A stretch of 64,000 nucleotides of DNA from Candidatus Multivoradales bacterium (GTDB lineage: Bacteria; Acidobacteriota; Thermoanaerobaculia; Multivoradales; J023), in NCBI GenBank assembly GCA_965248925.1, contig CBDFLE010000006.1, positions 1,120,001-1,184,000 on the forward strand. Reading direction: 5' to 3'. This document shows, piece by piece, positions 55,806-64,000 of this stretch (positions are counted from its first letter, which is position 1; every line of letters starts with the position of its first letter). Both the position numbers and the translations under genes were made by a program. Under the pieces are notes generated by a model, which worked only from the letters and a program-made list of their open reading frames with translations, was not told the DNA's origin and did no database searches.

Positions 55806-56531
55806 CTAATAAGCATTGCGCCGCGCCAGCGAAACCCAACTTCCACATTCGCCGAGAATTAGGTGATCGACCAAGGGTATTGCCAGCAGCTTGCCCGCCT
55901 CGGCCAACTGGCGAGTGAACAACAGATCGTTGGCGCTTGGCGAAGGGTCGCCTCTAGGGTGGTTGTGAAATGCGATCAATGAGCTAGCGCTGTGCCGTAT
56001 CGCGGCACGAAGAATCGGTGCTGGCGTGGCCGGTGATCGGTGCGCTGTGCCGCGAAATATCTCACACTTGGCGATTAGTCTGAGTTTCCCATCGAGCAGT
56101 AGCACACCGAGGACCTCCTGATCGTAGTTGCCATCCAGGGCCAGGAACTCGGCAACCACCGAGGGCTCATCGAGCAGCCGACGATGGCTGATCTTGGCCT
56201 TAGCCAGCCGCCGCATCAGCTCTCCCGCCGCCATCAGAACAGCCGCTCGCCCCTCGCTGGCGCCACTGCGCACCAACGCCACACGCTGGGCGCGAAACAG
56301 CTCCCTGAGCCCGCCAACGGATGGCAGCAGGCCCTCTGCCACTTCCTCGGCCGAGCGGTAGCGCAGCAAGACTGCTAGCAGTTCAGTATCCGTCAACCCA
56401 GCCGCTCCGTGCCGCAGCAAGCGGTCCTTTGGCTTCAGCTCGGCCGTCGACCACTGAGCGGAGCGGTCGGTGGTGGCGGCCGCCATCTCGCTCTTGCTCA
56501 GAGCACAAGGAAATATTGCCAAGTCGTTCAA
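55806..56531 (-). CDS. radC: RadC family JAB/MPN domain protein
   Basis: PKDRLLRHGAAGLTDTELLAVLL; QEVLGV; HNHPRGDPSPSAND. Confidence 0.9.
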   Translation of the reverse strand: MNDLAIFPCALSKSEMAAATTDRSAQWSTAELKPKDRLLRHGAAGLTDTELLAVLLRYRSAEEVAEGLLPSVGGLRELFRAQRVALVRSGASEGRAAVLMAAGELMRRLAKAKISHRRLLDEPSVVAEFLALDGNYDQEVLGVLLLDGKLRLIAKCEIFRGTAHRSPATPAPILRAAIRHSASSLIAFHNHPRGDPSPSANDLLFTRQLAEAGKLLAIPLVDHLILGECGSWVSLARRNAY

Positions 56532-56839
56532 GGCGTCTCCTCGGACCGCGTGCCCTGGTCGGACAAGGCGACCAGGCTTTCGACCCCGCGCGCCAGCAAC
56601 AGATGGCCTTCCCTGAGCTTCTCGCGGGTTGCCAGCAGAATCAGTGTGAGACTGAGGCCGCGCAGGTTAACATCGAGTTCGACGCTCAAGTTCCGCGCCA
56701 TCTTCAGCATTGTCTTCAAGAAATCCTGCGCCGCCTGCGGATCGTCAAATTGCAGAGAGCAAACAAACGTTGCTGAGTCGCCCTCCTGCCGCCAATGAGA
56801 AAGGTCTTTCATGCCGAGTTGAATGCGCTCCGGTTTCAT
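56528..56839 (-). CDS. Degenerate pterin-4a-carbinolamine dehydratase (PCD)-fold protein, in frame with the upstream ORF 57520-56840
   Basis: MKPERIQ..L..W......F.....A..F...A pattern; own AGGA RBS; no catalytic HH motif. Confidence 0.5.
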   Translation of the reverse strand: MKPERIQLGMKDLSHWRQEGDSATFVCSLQFDDPQAAQDFLKTMLKMARNLSVELDVNLRGLSLTLILLATREKLREGHLLLARGVESLVALSDQGTRSEETP

Positions 56840-57520
56840 TGTTGAGTCCTGCCTACAAGCGGTTGAAAAAGGACCCGGTTCGGAGGCCATGGTAGCAACC
56901 CCCGAACCGGGTTTGAAGGGCGAAGCGCCGCGGGGTGCGGCGCTATCGCCAAGGCTCGCAACGCCTGTGCAGTCGCTCAGGGCGCTGGTTGAAATGGGTT
57001 CTTGAGGTGCGCGGGCAAAGAGCAGCATCTCGGTAATCAGATCCCGCACGCTGACCAGTAGTTCGGCGGGCGCTGAGCCGTCGCAAGCACTCAGCATCAG
57101 CCGCCAGGTTTTGATCAGCTGGGCGACGGAACCGAGGGAAGTTTGCCGCCGCAGGTCGTGCTCACGGGTCGCCAACCACACTTCTGCTCCGGTCTTACGG
57201 TGCCAGTTGGGCAGACACTGGCTGTCGGCGGCGTGGGCATCCCACTGCTCCCACAAATCCGCATCCGACGCGGCCATGTAGCCCAGCAAGGCATCGCTGT
57301 CTTGGCGTAGGTCGGCGATCCGGTTGCCCCATCTGCCCAGTGGGTAGAGCTGCGGCGCCGGGTCTTCGTCGCCTTGCCAGCGAGCACCGGGGGGGATCGG
57401 CGCCAGCAGGGCGCTGGGCCAGGGTTCCATCAATGCCCGTTCGGCGAGGATTTGGTGCTCGGCGGCCAGCAGGCCGGCACGGCGCAGATCCGCCAGTTGG
57501 ATTGGGGACTGGTGGCTCAC
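56528..57520 (-). CDS. Hypothetical protein, possibly fused to the PCD-like domain
   Basis: 330-aa ORF; GTGA overlap with the upstream gene and ATGA overlap with radC. Confidence 0.5.
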   Translation of the reverse strand: MSHQSPIQLADLRRAGLLAAEHQILAERALMEPWPSALLAPIPPGARWQGDEDPAPQLYPLGRWGNRIADLRQDSDALLGYMAASDADLWEQWDAHAADSQCLPNWHRKTGAEVWLATREHDLRRQTSLGSVAQLIKTWRLMLSACDGSAPAELLVSVRDLITEMLLFARAPQEPISTSALSDCTGVASLGDSAAPRGASPFKPGSGVATMASEPGPFSTACRQDSTMKPERIQLGMKDLSHWRQEGDSATFVCSLQFDDPQAAQDFLKTMLKMARNLSVELDVNLRGLSLTLILLATREKLREGHLLLARGVESLVALSDQGTRSEETP

Positions 57521-57906
57521 GGCGAGTCTCCGTCGCTGGACGGAGCGGCTGCTGCCGCTTGGTTAGCAGGTCCTTGGCCGGCCGTGGTTTTCTTTCCGCT
57601 CTTCCGCGCCGAGCCGCGCAGAGCCTCGCCGACGAACTCGAGCAAGTACATGGAAAACCCCAACACCTGGCAGGGGGCTGAGGCTAAGGGAATTCCATTC
57701 GCGCTCACCGTCTCGCCATCCCGCAGCTGACTGTTGAACTTGAGAGCGGAACCGAGCAATCTGGCAAGTCGCCGGTGCTCTCTTTTAATTCTGAAACTGG
57801 CCTCCAACATGTCGCGCCAAAGGGTGTCTTCAAAAGTTGCAAAATCGATCTCGCTTTCTTCCCTTGCTGGGTCGGATGATGCTGTGGTTTTCCCTTCACC
57901 TGACAT
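57517..57906 (-). CDS. Hypothetical protein, first gene of the operon divergent from HTH-TPR
   Basis: GGGAG RBS and ATG; 129 aa. Confidence 0.6.
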   Translation of the reverse strand: MSGEGKTTASSDPAREESEIDFATFEDTLWRDMLEASFRIKREHRRLARLLGSALKFNSQLRDGETVSANGIPLASAPCQVLGFSMYLLEFVGEALRGSARKSGKKTTAGQGPANQAAAAAPSSDGDSP

Positions 57907-58003
57907 GACGATGCTCCCTGGGTGGACTGAGCTCTGGTTCGTGCGCTAGGCTACGGTCCAGAAGGAAAGCGCAGAAGAACAAGCTCCGATCCGCCCCTTT
58001 TCG

Positions 58004-59479
58004 ATGGATTCACGATCTACAGCCAACAGTGAACGCCGCCCCTTGGCCGCCCTACGTGCGCGCCAAGAGATCGCCCGCCTGGCCGAGTTGCACCATGGCT
58101 GTTTGGCGGCGATCGAATCTGAGATGCTGCGGCGGGCGCCCGGCTACGTCGGCAAGGTGGTGCGGGGCGATGTTGATTTGAAGCTCGATCAAGAGCAGGC
58201 AATCATCGAAGCCTTGGGCGAGAACTGGCGCGACTACCTGGCGCGACTGGCGGCACCGATCGACGTGCTCGCCACCCTGGAAAGCCTCTACGACGACACC
58301 GAAGAGCCGAGAGCCTCTGCCGAGCTACGCTGGGCGGCGCAGAGAGTCATCCATCAAAAGCCGCTTCTCGACTCCAAAGAACCGCCCCCCAGCCGGTCCC
58401 TGCTGCGAGCGTTCAGACTCGGCACCGAAGAACAACGCCTCGGAGTCCTGACCCGGCCCAAAGCGAAGAATCTAGCCTTCGTCAGGGCAGCGGCAGAAAT
58501 ACTCGATGAGCATCGCTACACCAAACCGGGCGAAGCAGCGAAGCTGTCCCACATCCTGGCCGTAGAAATCGTCCCTGAAATCTCGGCACCGCGGACGCTG
58601 GAGACATTCGTCCAGGCGGCAGGAGTCTTCGCTTCAGCGCATCGCGTAGCGAGCAATCTTGACCTCGCGGCACGGGTACTGCGCACCGTGGTGCTGATCA
58701 GCCCACGCGCTGGCACGCCAGCGTATGTCAGAGCCTTGCAACGGGCCGTCTGCGTGCTGCAAGATCAGACCCGATACGATGAGGCGATCGAGGTCTGCAA
58801 GGTCATGGCGGGGCTCCTTGCCAGTTTGGGCGACCATGCCAGCCTAGGGCAAGTCCTTGTCGATACTGCAAACAGCCTCCTGTGGCTGGGCAAGATTAGG
58901 CCCTGCATCGAATCCTACAGACTTGCTCTGAAACTACTACCTCAGCGAATGAGGCGATACCGGCTGGCTGCGTTCCACGGCCTCGCTATCGGATATAGAA
59001 GAGATGACAAGGATGATCGGGCCGACCAATCTGTGGCCCGAGCAGAAAGGCTAAAACGGCGCTCAAACATCTACGATCACGCGCTTATCCTGTATGACAG
59101 AGGGGAGATTGCCGAGAGGGAAGAGAGCTACCGCTCAGCTGCTCAGCTATTCAGGAAATCTAGAGATCTACTACGCCCCATCAATCCATTAGACAGCTCA
59201 TCTGCTGGCCTTAAGCTGGTTGCCATGCTTTTATTGCAGGGCAAGGTTATACAGGCCTATACCGAGGCAAAGTCGATGTCAGCATTCCTGAAACCGCTCG
59301 CCAAGAATCCGGTCGCCGAAGCAGCAATCACTGATTTTGGGCGTCTGGTGATCTGCGGTAAATTGAGCGTGGCGATTGTCCGAGTAGCTCTGGCACAGCT
59401 GGAGAATGTGCGCGCCCTAGCAAGCGATAGTTCGACGCTAGGGCGCACTACCGGGCATCTTATCCGCCCGGCTGGATAA
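58004..59479 (+). CDS. XRE-like HTH plus TPR regulator
   Basis: N-terminal IESEMLRRAPGYVGKVVRGDVDLKL...IIEALG (degenerate HTH) followed by helical TPR-like repeats. Confidence 0.65.
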   Translation: MDSRSTANSERRPLAALRARQEIARLAELHHGCLAAIESEMLRRAPGYVGKVVRGDVDLKLDQEQAIIEALGENWRDYLARLAAPIDVLATLESLYDDTEEPRASAELRWAAQRVIHQKPLLDSKEPPPSRSLLRAFRLGTEEQRLGVLTRPKAKNLAFVRAAAEILDEHRYTKPGEAAKLSHILAVEIVPEISAPRTLETFVQAAGVFASAHRVASNLDLAARVLRTVVLISPRAGTPAYVRALQRAVCVLQDQTRYDEAIEVCKVMAGLLASLGDHASLGQVLVDTANSLLWLGKIRPCIESYRLALKLLPQRMRRYRLAAFHGLAIGYRRDDKDDRADQSVARAERLKRRSNIYDHALILYDRGEIAEREESYRSAAQLFRKSRDLLRPINPLDSSSAGLKLVAMLLLQGKVIQAYTEAKSMSAFLKPLAKNPVAEAAITDFGRLVICGKLSVAIVRVALAQLENVRALASDSSTLGRTTGHLIRPAG

Positions 59480-60022
59480 GTGGAGCGTGTTCCATCCCTC
59501 CGGACGGATCAAGTCGTCCATTCCCCGGTTGACGGACAGCAACAAACTCCTCGCTCCTGCGCATCTCGCCTCCTCGCCGCGAATCCCCGATGAGCGGCGT
59601 TGCCCACCGCTTCGCGCGGTACAGGAGGAACCTAGCAAGCCTCACATCAAAGCCGAGCCCAATCTCTGTTTTTAGTGCAATTTGCGTATTACCGGCGGCC
59701 CTGAGAAATTCGCAGGCAGAAACCGCTGCGCTGCTATCCTGCTTGTTATCAGAGGCTTAGAAATGTCCTCAGTCAGACTGGCCGCTGTGCTCGGTAGTGT
59801 TTTATCCCATTGCAACCTTGCTCGCAGAAGCTCCAGAATCCGGAGTCTTTCCGAACTCCGAGCAGTGCCGAGCAAGCTGGCCCTGAAGAGCTTTACCAAG
59901 CGGCGCCAGTTGCTGTGACTCCGCTCTCCGAGTTCGGCCCTGCTTCGTACCACGGCCGCAGGTCCTCGCCCAAATAGCCTTCTTGCCATTCGGCCAGCGT
60001 GAACGGAAGCACCCACCTGTTA

Positions 60023-60051
60023 TTGACTTCTCCTACACAGAGGATTACTCT
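60023..60051 (+). promoter_or_regulatory. Sigma70-like promoter of the mini-protein gene
   Basis: TTGACT-N17-TACTCT; GGAGG RBS before the ATG at 60095. Confidence 0.6.
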
Positions 60052-60094
60052 ACATACCGTTCCGCACAGAGAATCTCTGCTAGGGAGGTGTTTC

Positions 60095-60469
60095 ATGCGT
60101 AAAGTCCTACTCGGTTTTCTTTTCACGATCGCGCTCGCCTCGTTCATCTGCTCGCCCGCGGCGGCGCAACTCAACGACTACGGCGGGTCCGATGGTTGCA
60201 ATGGTGGAGGCGGCCCGGTCATTCCTCCGCCCCCACCCCCCGATCCACCGCCGGATCCAGACGAGTCTTGCGAGTATTGCAACGGAGAATACTTCAGCAA
60301 CCTGATCGATGATTCTGGAGTCTTCTACCAATGCCAGGAAGTTGAAGATCCTGGCCCAGACGACCCTGGCCATAAGAACTGCACTACCAGCGGAAGATCG
60401 ATTATTGATTTCGAGGGTCAGCAGTGGTGGATAAGCTGCTCGGTAAACACGGAATGTACCTGGGCCTGA
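60095..60469 (+). CDS. Small secreted Cys-rich, Pro-rich acidic protein
   Basis: Signal peptide ending PAAA; poly-Pro linker; 7 Cys in the mature part including CEYC. Confidence 0.75.
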   Translation: MRKVLLGFLFTIALASFICSPAAAQLNDYGGSDGCNGGGGPVIPPPPPPDPPPDPDESCEYCNGEYFSNLIDDSGVFYQCQEVEDPGPDDPGHKNCTTSGRSIIDFEGQQWWISCSVNTECTWA

Positions 60470-62682
60470 TTGGCTTCAGCTGCTGGCTCGCAAGTGGTCT
60501 GACGGTAGGCTCCGAAGTTGCGTTGCCGCTGATCGAAGTCAGAGTTGTGATCTCTAGTACACTGGACTTGGAGAGCCCAGTGCCCGCTGTCCTGAGAGTG
60601 GAAGTTCCGACTTCCGCTATTGACGAGCAGCACACTATCGAGATTCCAGGAACGACCGCGCTGCGGCTTCCCGCTACCCAGATCGCTACTCTTGCAGTGA
60701 TATCAGAAGGACTCTGGGCTGCCCCCAAGATCCTCCTGCCGGGCAAGGCCGACGACGGAACACGCATTGAGGTTTTCGCCGCCAGTTCAGTGAGTGGCTC
60801 AATCCGGCTGGACCAAGACAGCCTGCCTGACCAGATAGAACTTAAACTTGAGCAAGTGCCAGCTTGGCTCAGGCAAGGCGAGGATGCAGGGCCTGCGGGG
60901 ACTAGCCTCACCTGCCCTGTCGATGCCGACGGGAAGTGGGATTGTGAAGTCCCGGCGGGTATCTTCGATCTTCGACTCAGTGCCGATGGCAAGGTACCGC
61001 GATATTTCTGGAAACACCGGTTCCCAGGCGGGGGACGGCTGGCCCTCGGCCCAATCTCTCTGCGCGGCGGGGCGTCCGTCTCTGGCTGGGTGGAAACCGA
61101 GGACCACGATACAATCCGTGGTTCAGTGATCATTCGACCGGCCGATCTAACTTACAGTACCGATCCACCACCTCCGGCTACCCTACGGCAACGGCCAGCC
61201 GTCTCGCCGATCAATGAGCGCGGATTCTTCCAGCTGTCCGGGATCCCACCAGGTGGTTACGAAGTTGAGGCGCAGCAAAAAGGCTATGCGAGCATGCAAG
61301 CGGTGCCCATCACCATTATCGCAGACCGTGAAGCCGTATTGCTGTCGCCACTGATTCTTCGACGACCGGTGGTGCTTGAAATTATCACTGAACCGGCTAC
61401 CGATCCCTGGCAAAGAGTTTGGCGTGCAAAGCTGCAAGGGCAGGACTTTCCCGAGATTCGCGAGGGCACACTGGCTGCTGATGGGCGCTGGCGAGTGGAG
61501 GATCTGCCAGCGGGCTCTTACCGCCTTTTGATAGAGAACTATCGCGGCGATCGTCTCCAAGACATTGATGTTGAAGTCCAGCCCGATATGGGAGAGTTCT
61601 TGGTTCAACTGCCATTGTTGCGGGTCCATGGTAAGATCAAGTTGGGCGACGAGTCGGTGGCCGGGCAACTATGGCTGAGCAACGGGCACAAAAAGATCCA
61701 CTTCTTTGTCGACCAAGAAAAGGGTTTCGACGCCTACCTACCGATGGTCGAGCCACCGCTATGGTCTCCGGAAGTGCGCCTAGAGGGGGAGGGAGACTCC
61801 AAGTTACAACTCAAGTCAGTAGAGATCGAAGTAGCACCGGGCCTAGATCATGCCCACCTCGATCTGGAGCTACCGGACACGGAGATTCGCGGCAGAGTCG
61901 TCGATGCTGACGACCAGCCGGTAAGCCGAAGCTATGTCACGGCCATCCAACAGGGTTCCCTTGGTGCATTGCAGGCAACTCGGACGGACTCGGAAGGAAG
62001 ATTTCGCCTCCGTGGCGTGGCGCCAGGGTCGGTAACCGTCAAGGCCAATGAGGGCTCGGCCAACAGCCAAGCGGTAGTCCTTAATATGCAACCATCACAG
62101 CCCGCCACGCAACTCTTGCTCGTGTTGCAGCGCATGATCACGATCAGCGGCCAAGTGCTAACCCCAGGCGGTCAGCCGCAGCCGGGAGTTCAAGTATCGG
62201 TCTTGCCAATATCTCCACCCGGCTCGGGTCCACGATTCTATAGCCACACCAACCGCAAGACTGATTTGGCTGGAGTCTTCGAAAGTCAGATCCCTGAAGA
62301 TATCAAAGAGGTCCACCTGGCGATCTTCTCGCCTGGTTTTGCAGTGCGCTTGCTGCGCCGATCAGTGAGTCCTGAGCAGGTCTTGATAATACAATTGGAT
62401 CAATCCGCAGGTCGGTTGGAGTTGCTTTTTTCGGAGGATAAGAAAGCTATTCGACAGCAAGCACGCGGACTATTACACCGCGATGGTTCCCACTTTCCAT
62501 TGATGATTTTTGAGAGTTGGGCCAGATTTCACGACACCTGGTCACTAGCACAAATGGTGCTGCCGATGATGGAGCCAGGCTTGTACGAAGTCTGCGAGCC
62601 GAAGCCGCGAGATGGAAGCACGCGCCGCTGCGCAGATGGCTTTCTCGCTCCCGGCGGTGAACTCAGCTTGAGCTTGCGCTGA
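60454..62682 (+). CDS. Secreted carboxypeptidase-regulatory-like (tandem beta-sandwich) protein
   Basis: Repeated V.G.V...G.F.L.G+PPG.Y units; IRGRVVDADDQPV, RTDSEGRFRLRGVAPG. Confidence 0.8.
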   Translation: MYLGLIGFSCWLASGLTVGSEVALPLIEVRVVISSTLDLESPVPAVLRVEVPTSAIDEQHTIEIPGTTALRLPATQIATLAVISEGLWAAPKILLPGKADDGTRIEVFAASSVSGSIRLDQDSLPDQIELKLEQVPAWLRQGEDAGPAGTSLTCPVDADGKWDCEVPAGIFDLRLSADGKVPRYFWKHRFPGGGRLALGPISLRGGASVSGWVETEDHDTIRGSVIIRPADLTYSTDPPPPATLRQRPAVSPINERGFFQLSGIPPGGYEVEAQQKGYASMQAVPITIIADREAVLLSPLILRRPVVLEIITEPATDPWQRVWRAKLQGQDFPEIREGTLAADGRWRVEDLPAGSYRLLIENYRGDRLQDIDVEVQPDMGEFLVQLPLLRVHGKIKLGDESVAGQLWLSNGHKKIHFFVDQEKGFDAYLPMVEPPLWSPEVRLEGEGDSKLQLKSVEIEVAPGLDHAHLDLELPDTEIRGRVVDADDQPVSRSYVTAIQQGSLGALQATRTDSEGRFRLRGVAPGSVTVKANEGSANSQAVVLNMQPSQPATQLLLVLQRMITISGQVLTPGGQPQPGVQVSVLPISPPGSGPRFYSHTNRKTDLAGVFESQIPEDIKEVHLAIFSPGFAVRLLRRSVSPEQVLIIQLDQSAGRLELLFSEDKKAIRQQARGLLHRDGSHFPLMIFESWARFHDTWSLAQMVLPMMEPGLYEVCEPKPRDGSTRRCADGFLAPGGELSLSLR

Positions 62683-62794
62683 AGCTGGCCACGCCTGGTA
62701 TTGGAGAAGTGGCAGGCACACTCATCGGCGACTGCCTGGCTCGGGCTGTAGCTACCGGAAGACTGAGTGGAGCGGGTGAAGATCTGAGGACAGC

Positions 62795-62833
62795 AAAAAG
62801 CGCGTCCACCCCTAGTGGGAGAGACACGCTTTT
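62795..62833 (-). terminator. Terminator of the ribosomal protein operon (potentially bidirectional)
   Basis: AAAAAGCGCGTC...GACACGCTTTT. Confidence 0.7.
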
Positions 62834-62869
62834 GACGAACCACCGAATCGCTGAGCTTGATGCCTTGGC

Positions 62870-63121
62870 TCAGCCCTTTTTGCGTTCGCCGTACTTGAGG
62901 CGGAACTTCTCGATCCGACCCGCGGTGTCGACGAAGCGCTGCTTGCCGGTAAAGAAAGGGTGCGAGGCGGAGGAGATCTCAAGACGGATCACGTAGTGCT
63001 CGATCCCATCGATCTCGCGCACCTCTTCGCTGGTCAGGGTAGAGCGGGATATCCACTCCTTATCGACACCAGCATCGACATAGACCACCGGATTGTAGGT
63101 CGGATGAATTTCTTTCTTCAT
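62870..63121 (-). CDS. rpmE2: 50S ribosomal protein L31 type B
   Basis: [14 protein letters not shown]...[26 protein letters not shown]; no Cys. Confidence 0.95.
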   Translation of the reverse strand: MKKEIHPTYNPVVYVDAGVDKEWISRSTLTSEEVREIDGIEHYVIRLEISSASHPFFTGKQRFVDTAGRIEKFRLKYGERKKG

Positions 63122-63132
63122 CGTCCACTCCT

Positions 63133-63438
63133 CTACCAGCTGGCTTTGATCACGCCGGGCAGCTCGCCGCGCAAAGCGAGGTCGCGCAAGGCGATCCGCG
63201 ATAGAGCGAACTTGCGATAGTAGCCGCGCGGACGACCGGTCAACAGACAGCGATTGCGCACCCGCACCGGGCTCGAATTACGCGGCAGCTTCTGCAAGTT
63301 GATGAATGCGAGGTCGCGCTCCTCGTCCGGAGTCTTGGGATCTTTGATAATCGCCTTCAGATCGGCGCGCTTCGTCCGGTATTGGGCGACCAAACGCTTG
63401 CGGCGCTCATTCTTGGCGATCGAACTCTTCTTAGCCAT
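63133..63438 (-). CDS. rpsN: 30S ribosomal protein S14, long zinc-independent form
   Basis: 101 aa; [42 protein letters not shown]. Confidence 0.97.
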   Translation of the reverse strand: MAKKSSIAKNERRKRLVAQYRTKRADLKAIIKDPKTPDEERDLAFINLQKLPRNSSPVRVRNRCLLTGRPRGYYRKFALSRIALRDLALRGELPGVIKASW

Positions 63439-63474
63439 CTCGACTTCCTCATGAATCTGGTTGGCGGGCGGTGC

Positions 63475-63717
63475 TCAGCCGGTGACCTGCTTGAGAGTCA
63501 GCCCCTCGTCGCGAAGGAAACTCAGCAGGCCCTTCTTATTGATCGTCCGCAACGCCCGAGTCGAAACCTTCAGCCGCACCCAACGCCCGAGTTCAGGCAC
63601 GAAGATACGCTTCTTCTGGATATTCGGCCGCTGCAAACGCGGTGTGACGTTGTGAGCATGGGAGATGTTGTGGCCGGCGAGCGGCTTCACACCGGTAATC
63701 TGGCAAATTCTGGGCAT
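63475..63717 (-). CDS. rpmB: 50S ribosomal protein L28
   Basis: MPRICQITG..GHNISHAHN..R...PNIQKKR..LKVSTRALRTINKKG. Confidence 0.96.
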   Translation of the reverse strand: MPRICQITGVKPLAGHNISHAHNVTPRLQRPNIQKKRIFVPELGRWVRLKVSTRALRTINKKGLLSFLRDEGLTLKQVTG

Positions 63718-64000
63718 CGTCTCGATCCTCTTTGAGCGGCCACTGTTTTGAGGGACCGCTGCCATGGAAGACCCCACTGTGATGGGGGACCACTCTGCAG
63801 GGATCACCGCGCGGGGGCGAAAAAGCCCCCACCAAGCACAGGACCGGCTTGGAGCCGCCGATGGTAACCGCTGCATTGGCATTTGCCAAGTGCCCAACGC
63901 ACATTTTTTCGCCGATCGACCCAACAACCACAGCAAAACACCGCGCCCATTCCCCGTGCCACTTGCCCTACCCGGACCCGTCGAAGAGGATACCATTTGC

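Larger units (their letters stand above)
55726..62790. mobile_element. Putative inserted island (no integrase seen)
   Basis: Begins exactly where the cytochrome c gene is truncated; carries RadC; GC and codon usage look less host-like; right end only approximate. Confidence 0.4.

Noticed and set aside
59480-60016. ORFs in the gap between the HTH-TPR and mini-protein genes
   Set aside because: No RBS, motif or consistent frame; could be decayed sequence but cannot be supported.
63718-63996. Long N-terminal extension of L28
   Set aside because: L28 homology starts at MPRIC with a GAGG RBS; the upstream sequence is leader or promoter.
1-64000. Numerous 60-300 aa antisense or alternate-frame ORFs; tRNA and rRNA genes
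   Set aside because: Shadow ORFs are expected at high GC opposite well-supported genes. No cloverleaf or rRNA-like sequence was recognised.

Overview
GC-rich (roughly 60-65%) bacterial chromosomal window. The gene families resemble Acidobacteriota, probably Thermoanaerobaculia; this taxonomy is inferred, not proven. No rRNA, tRNA, CRISPR array, transposase or integrase was seen. In order, the window holds: (1) a CHAT protease, an anti-sigma-like protein and an S8 protease; (2) an AbrB-Doc toxin-antitoxin pair and creD; (3) a 1042-aa eCIS-effector-like nuclease toxin whose promoter and N-terminus are duplicated 2.2 kb away; (4) a GntR(YtrA)-ABC-M1 aminopeptidase operon; (5) several deletion-type gene remnants; (6) a CRTAC1/TPR pair; (7) a ~20-kb surface locus in which four paralogous signal-peptide-bearing, tail-fibre-like proteins are interleaved with methyltransferases, SGNH hydrolases, a sulfatase-like lipoprotein and a WsaE/WbdD-like methyltransferase-coiled-coil-glycosyltransferase; (8) an alpha/beta-hydrolase plus TPR-sensor-trypsin operon, a candidate protease-activated defence module; (9) housekeeping genes; (10) a ~7-kb island (RadC/JAB, degenerate PCD-like protein, HTH-TPR regulator, Cys-rich secreted mini-protein, carboxypeptidase-regulatory-like protein) abutting a truncated cytochrome c gene; (11) a zinc-independent rpmB-rpsN-rpmE2 operon. 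The best candidates for undescribed systems are the glycan-linked fibre paralog cluster, the hydrolase-trypsin module and the HTH-TPR/RadC/mini-protein island. All family calls come from motif recognition by eye, not from database searches.
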